Virus record (IMG/VR): IMGVR_UViG_3300044634_001040
Source: an uncultured virus (IMG/VR IMGVR_UViG_3300044634_001040)
Lineage: Duplodnaviria > Heunggongvirae > Uroviricota > Caudoviricetes
Direction: 5' to 3' (one strand)
DNA length: 64,000 nt
Shown: positions 58,965 through 64,000 of the stretch, one piece after another
Numbering within the stretch: position 1 is the stretch's first letter
How the letters are laid out: every line of letters begins with the position of its first letter
Position numbers and translations under genes: made by a program
Notes under the pieces: generated by a model
Databases searched by the model: none
What the model was told of the DNA's origin: nothing
Seen by the model: only the letters and a program-made list of their open reading frames with translations

Positions 58965-60567
58965 TATGCTTGAAGAAATGAAACAATTGATCACGATGTT
59001 TGCTCTTAACCCTAGTGATCCAGAAGTAAGTTTTACTCTAGGATCTTACTATGAGGATCTGGGGCAGTATTCTTCGGCTGGTTCTTATTACTTAAGAACA
59101 GCAGAAAGAACAGAGAACCGTCTTCTGTCATATGAGAGCCTAATAAGGTTTGCAGCATGTACTGCTTCACTAGGAAGACGTAGATATTCAACAAAGGGTA
59201 TGCTAAACTTTGCGATATCGCATATGCCTGATAGACCCGAAGCATATTTAATTCTAAGTAAGTTCATAGAAAATAACGAAACGAACGATGAGAAGTGGTT
59301 CACCGCGTACTCTCTAGTGTGCACCGCATTATCTATTAAAGACATAGATAATTTAAAACCCTTGAGATTTAAAACTATTTTTGAAGGAAAGTATTCACTT
59401 CTTTTGCAAAAAGCGCATGCTGGTTTTAACAGCGGTTTCATTGAAGAAGCAAGAGAGATATTACTATCGTTAACAAAGATCAAGGACGTTCCGAACCACA
59501 TAAAAAGAGATGCGTTAAAGAATCTTATGCAGATCAAAAAAGAAAACGAAAGAGCTAACTACTATCACAACTCTTCAGATTTAAAGGATGTATATAGTTC
59601 TAGTCTTTCCAAATATGTTTTGGAAAAGGGAGGATCCGTGCATTCTATCGTAGTTCCTCATTCTGTTTCTAAAGGAGTTGCGACTACAAATGCTTCCGTG
59701 TTTGTTGATGATAAAGAGAGAGTCTTTGTAAACTTAAGAGAAACAAACTACACACTCTACTACAGTAATAAGTTTCCAGAAAAAGACGGTCCTCTCAAAT
59801 ATCTATATTCCGACAACGACATTAATATCAGATCCGAAAACGTCGTGTGCAGATTAGACGATCGACTTAATGTTATAACTGCAGATCGCGTTGACATGAG
59901 ACTCAATGAGAATCCTAACTGGTTCTACATTGGATTGGAAGATGCTAGGTTTGTAGAGTGGGATGGAAAGAAGTATCTATGTGGAGTAAGAAGGGACCAC
60001 ATACTAGAAGGTAAGGGTCGTATGGATCTTTCACAGATCGAGATAACCGAGAATGGCGTAGTCGAAGTAGAACGTTTTTCAATTCCTGCGCCAGGAAACG
60101 ACGATACCTATTGTGAAAAGAACTGGATGCCTGTTCTAGATAAACCGTTCCAATGGGTGAAGTGGTCTAACCCAACTCAGATAGTTTCATTTGATACTAA
60201 AACTCTAAAGACCGAGACCGTTCACTTGGAAGAGTCTAAGACTTATCGGTTTCCTCGAGACTTAAGAGGCGGTTCTCATATTCTTCCTTGGAATGACGAT
60301 TACTACATAGGTGTTACTCACGAGTGCTTATATAGCGGCAAGGATAGCGGAAGAAGATACTTTCAGCGAATCGTAGTCTGGGATAGAAACTGGAACATCG
60401 TATGCTCTACTCGTGACTTTACTATGATGGGTGGTACTATTGAGTTTGTATCTGGTATTGCTTACCATAAGAATGACGTACTTATATCCTATGGCTATGA
60501 AGATAATGCTTCTTACATACTAAGAATACCTAGAGACGTGTTTGATGATTTTATTTTGAGAGGGTAA
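58951..60567 (+). CDS. TPR + beta-propeller glycosidase-like protein
   Basis: N-terminal TPR-like helices (PDRPEAY); C-terminal domain paralogous to the preceding gene (GLEDARF, EKNWMP, LRGGS). Confidence 0.72.
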   Translation: MQRVNMLEEMKQLITMFALNPSDPEVSFTLGSYYEDLGQYSSAGSYYLRTAERTENRLLSYESLIRFAACTASLGRRRYSTKGMLNFAISHMPDRPEAYLILSKFIENNETNDEKWFTAYSLVCTALSIKDIDNLKPLRFKTIFEGKYSLLLQKAHAGFNSGFIEEAREILLSLTKIKDVPNHIKRDALKNLMQIKKENERANYYHNSSDLKDVYSSSLSKYVLEKGGSVHSIVVPHSVSKGVATTNASVFVDDKERVFVNLRETNYTLYYSNKFPEKDGPLKYLYSDNDINIRSENVVCRLDDRLNVITADRVDMRLNENPNWFYIGLEDARFVEWDGKKYLCGVRRDHILEGKGRMDLSQIEITENGVVEVERFSIPAPGNDDTYCEKNWMPVLDKPFQWVKWSNPTQIVSFDTKTLKTETVHLEESKTYRFPRDLRGGSHILPWNDDYYIGVTHECLYSGKDSGRRYFQRIVVWDRNWNIVCSTRDFTMMGGTIEFVSGIAYHKNDVLISYGYEDNASYILRIPRDVFDDFILRG

Positions 60568-60568
60568 C

Positions 60569-61585
60569 ATGCTTAAAGAAAAGATTAACACTTATATAAG
60601 TGATCCAGGAAACGCTCAGTACAACTACGATCTTGGAAAAGAGTATGAAATCCTTCAGCAGTATTCTTCTGCCTGTGGATACTTTCTAAGAGCGGCAGAT
60701 AGGACAGATGACGTAGAACTTATCTATAATTCTCTAGTGTCAGCTGCAAAGTCATTGATAGAACATGGCGATAGTTTTGCGATGGCAGAGAAAATTTTAA
60801 AGAATGCATTGAACGTTGACTCGTCAAGAATAGATGCGTTTTATATGTTACTGCTAATATATAAATATATTGGAAAAGAAGATGATTTTATGAACATACA
60901 TCCGTTCTTTCTTAAAGCAAAAGAAAAGAACACTAAGAGTGAGATATATGATATGGTAAATTTGAACGACATAATGAAAAAGTATATTCCTTCGGTTGGT
61001 ACTATTAGACATTCGGAAGACCAGCCGCAAAAAAATTTCAAACACATGATAGAGAAAGAGTTCGCGATCGCGGCTTCGTCTCCTAGTGACATTCACGAAC
61101 ACCTTCCAGTTCTATATGAACTAGCTAAAGATTGTAATCATATAATAGAGATGGGTGTAAGAACCGGAATAAGTACACGAGCATTCTTAAGAGTTGATGC
61201 GAGACTAATTTCATATGACATCGTAACAGATCAAAAAGTAGTAGATCTAATCAACGAGGCAAAGAAAGCTGGAAAGGATGCTACATTCATCGAAGCAGAC
61301 GTTCTTAAGATTGATATCGAAGAAACAGACCTGCTCTTCATTGATACTTGGCATACATACGAGCAGTTAAAACAAGAGCTTTCACTTCATGGAAATAAGT
61401 CTAGAAAATACATGGTGTTCCACGATACAAATACTTTTGGTCTAAAGAACGAGGGAGGCCAAGCATACAGTACTTCTCAAGGTCTTCTTCCAGCTATAAT
61501 AGAGTTTCTCATGGTTAACCCTCACTGGAGATTCAAAAAATTCTTAACAAACAACAACGGTTTAACTGTTTTAGAAAGGTTATAA
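60569..61585 (+). CDS. TPR + class I SAM-dependent methyltransferase (Methyltransf_24-like)
   Basis: IEMGVRTGIST, DLLFIDTWHTYEQLKQEL, VFHDT, NNNGLTVL. Confidence 0.78.
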   Translation: MLKEKINTYISDPGNAQYNYDLGKEYEILQQYSSACGYFLRAADRTDDVELIYNSLVSAAKSLIEHGDSFAMAEKILKNALNVDSSRIDAFYMLLLIYKYIGKEDDFMNIHPFFLKAKEKNTKSEIYDMVNLNDIMKKYIPSVGTIRHSEDQPQKNFKHMIEKEFAIAASSPSDIHEHLPVLYELAKDCNHIIEMGVRTGISTRAFLRVDARLISYDIVTDQKVVDLINEAKKAGKDATFIEADVLKIDIEETDLLFIDTWHTYEQLKQELSLHGNKSRKYMVFHDTNTFGLKNEGGQAYSTSQGLLPAIIEFLMVNPHWRFKKFLTNNNGLTVLERL

Positions 61586-61586
61586 T

Positions 61587-63158
61587 ATGATAGTAGATTT
61601 TTTTCCATTTTTTGCTCCGTATGGCGAGCAAACACTAGAGCTGAGAGTAAATCTTCTTAAAGATTATGTAGACTATTTTGTGATTGCAGAGTCGAATAAA
61701 ACACATAGCGGACAGAACGTCGAGAGAAAATTTAGTGAGATTGCAAAAAAACTAAATTTACCAGAAGATAAGATCGTATATATAGAGCACGATATTCCAG
61801 AAGACGAAGATCTAGTGATTCTTCCTATCGACACCGCGGATATGAAAAACGATAGTCGTAACGAAATTGAATCAAAGAGAGCAAAGGTAAGAGAGCGCCT
61901 ACAGAAAGATGCTCTTTTAATTGCGCTAGATAAGTTTGATGATGATACCGTGTTCATACATAGTGACGCTGACGAAATTATAAAGCCTGAAGTTATTCAA
62001 TATCTTTCTAACGTATGCAAGCAAAATCAAAATATTATTATTAAAGTTCCGTTGATATACTTAGAAGGAAGAGCAGACCTTCGTGTTTGTTATAGTAATG
62101 GGTATCCAGTAGATTGGTCTGGCGGAATGTTTCTTGCTACGAAGAGTCAACTAAAAAAAATAAATCCTTCGAATATAAGATCAAATATCGGTAACCCATT
62201 TCCTGTTCATTATATAACAGAAAATGGACAACCCGTTAAAGATCTTGGATGGCACTTGTCATGGATGGGCGGAGTTGAAAATAGAGTTTTAAAAGCAAAA
62301 GTCTTTGCCCATTACAACGATTCGTTTGAATGGATGCGTAAAGAAGATAACAGTTCTATCAAATTTAGCGATGACTCGTTTATTGATTTTCTCAACAAAA
62401 CTCCTCTTACTGAAGGTTCTGTTCCACCTTCTGGAAATAATGATCATGTTTTGAAAAAGTATCCAATAAGCGAGTTGCCAAAAATGATACTTGAAAGAGA
62501 GCATCTTAAAAACTTTTTCTTACCAAACTTTGATTACAAAGACTTGGATGTATTCGAAAAATCAGTATTAAACCCCTCTTCGATTATAAATCCTTATAAG
62601 AAGAGACTGTGGGTCGTAGATGACTTTTATCAAAATCCGGATGAAGTAAGGAAGTATGCTATGACTAGAGAATTTGACGAGGGTGGCATAGGAAGAGGAT
62701 ACATTGGAAGAAGAACTCACAAACAGTACCTCTTTAACGGATTAAAAGACGAGTTCGAAAAGATCATGGGAATGAAGGTTACTAAGTGGGAACAGTATGG
62801 AATGAACGGTAGATTCCAGTACTGCTACGCAGGCGAACCTCTCGTGTATCACTGCGACGAACAGAAGTATGCAGGAATGTTGTTTCTAACACCAGACGCG
62901 CCATATCAGACAGGTACATCTATGTTTGCACATAAAGCAACACGTATACGTCATAACTCGCATCCAGAAATTATGAGCACATTCTCTGGTCATACTACTC
63001 TGGATAGAACTCCATACGAGCCAGTTGATGTGGTTGGAAACGTTTATAATAGACTAGTTATATTTGATGCTGGGTTGATACACGCAGCGTCTGAATACTT
63101 TGGATATGCTTTAGAAAATTCACGTCTATGGCAAATGTTCTTTTTTGATGCGGAGTAA
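61587..63158 (+). CDS. GT17-like GlcNAc transferase fused to a 2OG-Fe(II) oxygenase-like domain
   Basis: LELR...L..YVDYFVIAESNKTHSG, SDADEI, GWHLSWMGG; C-terminal VVDDFY.NPD.VR, YHCD, NRLVIFDA..IHAA. Confidence 0.75.
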   Translation: MIVDFFPFFAPYGEQTLELRVNLLKDYVDYFVIAESNKTHSGQNVERKFSEIAKKLNLPEDKIVYIEHDIPEDEDLVILPIDTADMKNDSRNEIESKRAKVRERLQKDALLIALDKFDDDTVFIHSDADEIIKPEVIQYLSNVCKQNQNIIIKVPLIYLEGRADLRVCYSNGYPVDWSGGMFLATKSQLKKINPSNIRSNIGNPFPVHYITENGQPVKDLGWHLSWMGGVENRVLKAKVFAHYNDSFEWMRKEDNSSIKFSDDSFIDFLNKTPLTEGSVPPSGNNDHVLKKYPISELPKMILEREHLKNFFLPNFDYKDLDVFEKSVLNPSSIINPYKKRLWVVDDFYQNPDEVRKYAMTREFDEGGIGRGYIGRRTHKQYLFNGLKDEFEKIMGMKVTKWEQYGMNGRFQYCYAGEPLVYHCDEQKYAGMLFLTPDAPYQTGTSMFAHKATRIRHNSHPEIMSTFSGHTTLDRTPYEPVDVVGNVYNRLVIFDAGLIHAASEYFGYALENSRLWQMFFFDAE

Positions 63159-63161
63159 GAA

Positions 63162-63908
63162 ATGAAGATAGTACTTGTAACCGGCGGTTTTGATCCAATT
63201 CACAGCGGTCACATCGCATATTTTAACGAAGCAAAAGAGCTCGGCGATATTCTAATAGTTGGAGTCAATAGTGACGAATGGTTAACTCGTAAAAAGGGCC
63301 AGCCATTCATGAGTCTATCAGAAAGAGTTGCAATCGTTGAGAGCCTTCATATGGTCGATAGTGTCATGATCTTTGACGATAGTGATGGCGGGGCATCAGA
63401 AGCAATTAAGTTGTGCCTAGGAAAGTTTCCTAATGATGAAATCATCTTTGCAAATGGCGGGGATAGAACGAATATTAATATTCCGGAAATGAGTATTAAG
63501 GATGAAAGACTATCATTTGTATTTGGCGTCGGTGGAACTCATAAGATGAATTCGAGTAGCAAGATCCTCACTGAGTGGAAGACTCCAAAGACTGAAAGAA
63601 AGTGGGGATACTATCGTGTTCTTCACTCAGACGGTCCTTCTACGAAGGTAAAGGAGCTCGTCGTCGAACCAGGTAAGTCACTGAGTCTTCAGAGACATAA
63701 GTATCGAAGCGAACTTTGGTACGTGACGAATGGTACAGGTGCAATCCTACACAATGGAATAAGAAAACCTTTGAAGAAAGGTGACTTCGTCACCATTGTC
63801 GTAACCGACTGGCATCAACTCATTAACGACTCGTCTGAAGAACTCAAGATTGTTGAGATCCAGTATGGAGAGAACTGCTATGAAGAAGATATCGAACGCA
63901 TCGAGTGA
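63162..63908 (+). CDS. Cytidylyltransferase-like (HIGH) domain fused to a cupin (mannose-6-phosphate isomerase type II-like)
   Basis: TGGFDPIHSGH, GVNSDEWL.RKKG, FANGGDR; WGYY, LSLQRH..RSE.W, VEIQYG...EEDIER. Confidence 0.85.
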   Translation: MKIVLVTGGFDPIHSGHIAYFNEAKELGDILIVGVNSDEWLTRKKGQPFMSLSERVAIVESLHMVDSVMIFDDSDGGASEAIKLCLGKFPNDEIIFANGGDRTNINIPEMSIKDERLSFVFGVGGTHKMNSSSKILTEWKTPKTERKWGYYRVLHSDGPSTKVKELVVEPGKSLSLQRHKYRSELWYVTNGTGAILHNGIRKPLKKGDFVTIVVTDWHQLINDSSEELKIVEIQYGENCYEEDIERIE

Positions 63909-63942
63909 GTATATACTACCGGCCTGATAGATATTAAATCTA

Positions 63943-63970
63943 ATTATATCAGTAATTTCACATATGTCAA
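63943..63970 (-). promoter_or_regulatory. Sigma70-type promoter pointing leftward (antisense to the late cluster)
   Basis: Minus strand reads TTGACA-16 bp-TATAAT with TG extension; shares TTGACATAT...TGATATA with the promoter at 758-786. Confidence 0.6.
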
Positions 63971-64000
63971 TAGAAAAATGCGGTTCGTCTTCTTTTATAA

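Noticed and set aside
60860..60867. TATAAATA inside the TPR-methyltransferase gene
   Set aside because: AT-rich coding context, about 720 bp from the next start; could easily be chance.
1..64000. tRNA/rRNA genes, introns, inteins, or stop-codon recoding
   Set aside because: Intergenic gaps are short with no cloverleaf seen; core genes are normal length and intact under the standard code.

Overview
A 64-kb segment of a large T4-like myovirus genome, probably from an aquatic phage of Proteobacteria. The host guess is an inference from the AOX, ROSE-type thermometer and TTT transporter genes. From left to right the window holds: (1) a replication block (gp45, gp44, gp62, regA, dUTPase); (2) an auxiliary stress/respiration block (alternative oxidase, a possible micro-ORF, Hsp20 behind a ROSE-like RNA thermometer); (3) an inverted late operon (gp4, gp2, gp54-like, gp26, gp51, tape-measure-like); (4) the baseplate operon (gp48, split gp53, gp27-like, gp5-lysozyme, M15 peptidase, gp25, gp6, gp7, gp8, VrlC-like). 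The remaining ~36 kb is a fibre region with two paralogous three-gene cassettes, each ending in a (Gly-X-Gln)n collagen-like fibre, plus a Tyr/Gly/Pro repeat protein. It is interleaved with about 13 sugar- or protein-modifying enzyme genes and a PP-loop + TctA + TctC-like cassette. The best leads are a candidate -1 frameshift fusing gp26 to gp51 just upstream of the tape measure gene (lambda G/GT-like), a putative phage-encoded fibre glycosylation/modification system, a phage AOX, a ROSE thermometer under a late promoter, and a phage TTT transporter cassette. All calls come from reading motifs by eye; no searches were run. No tRNA, rRNA, CRISPR array, transposase or reverse transcriptase was recognised.
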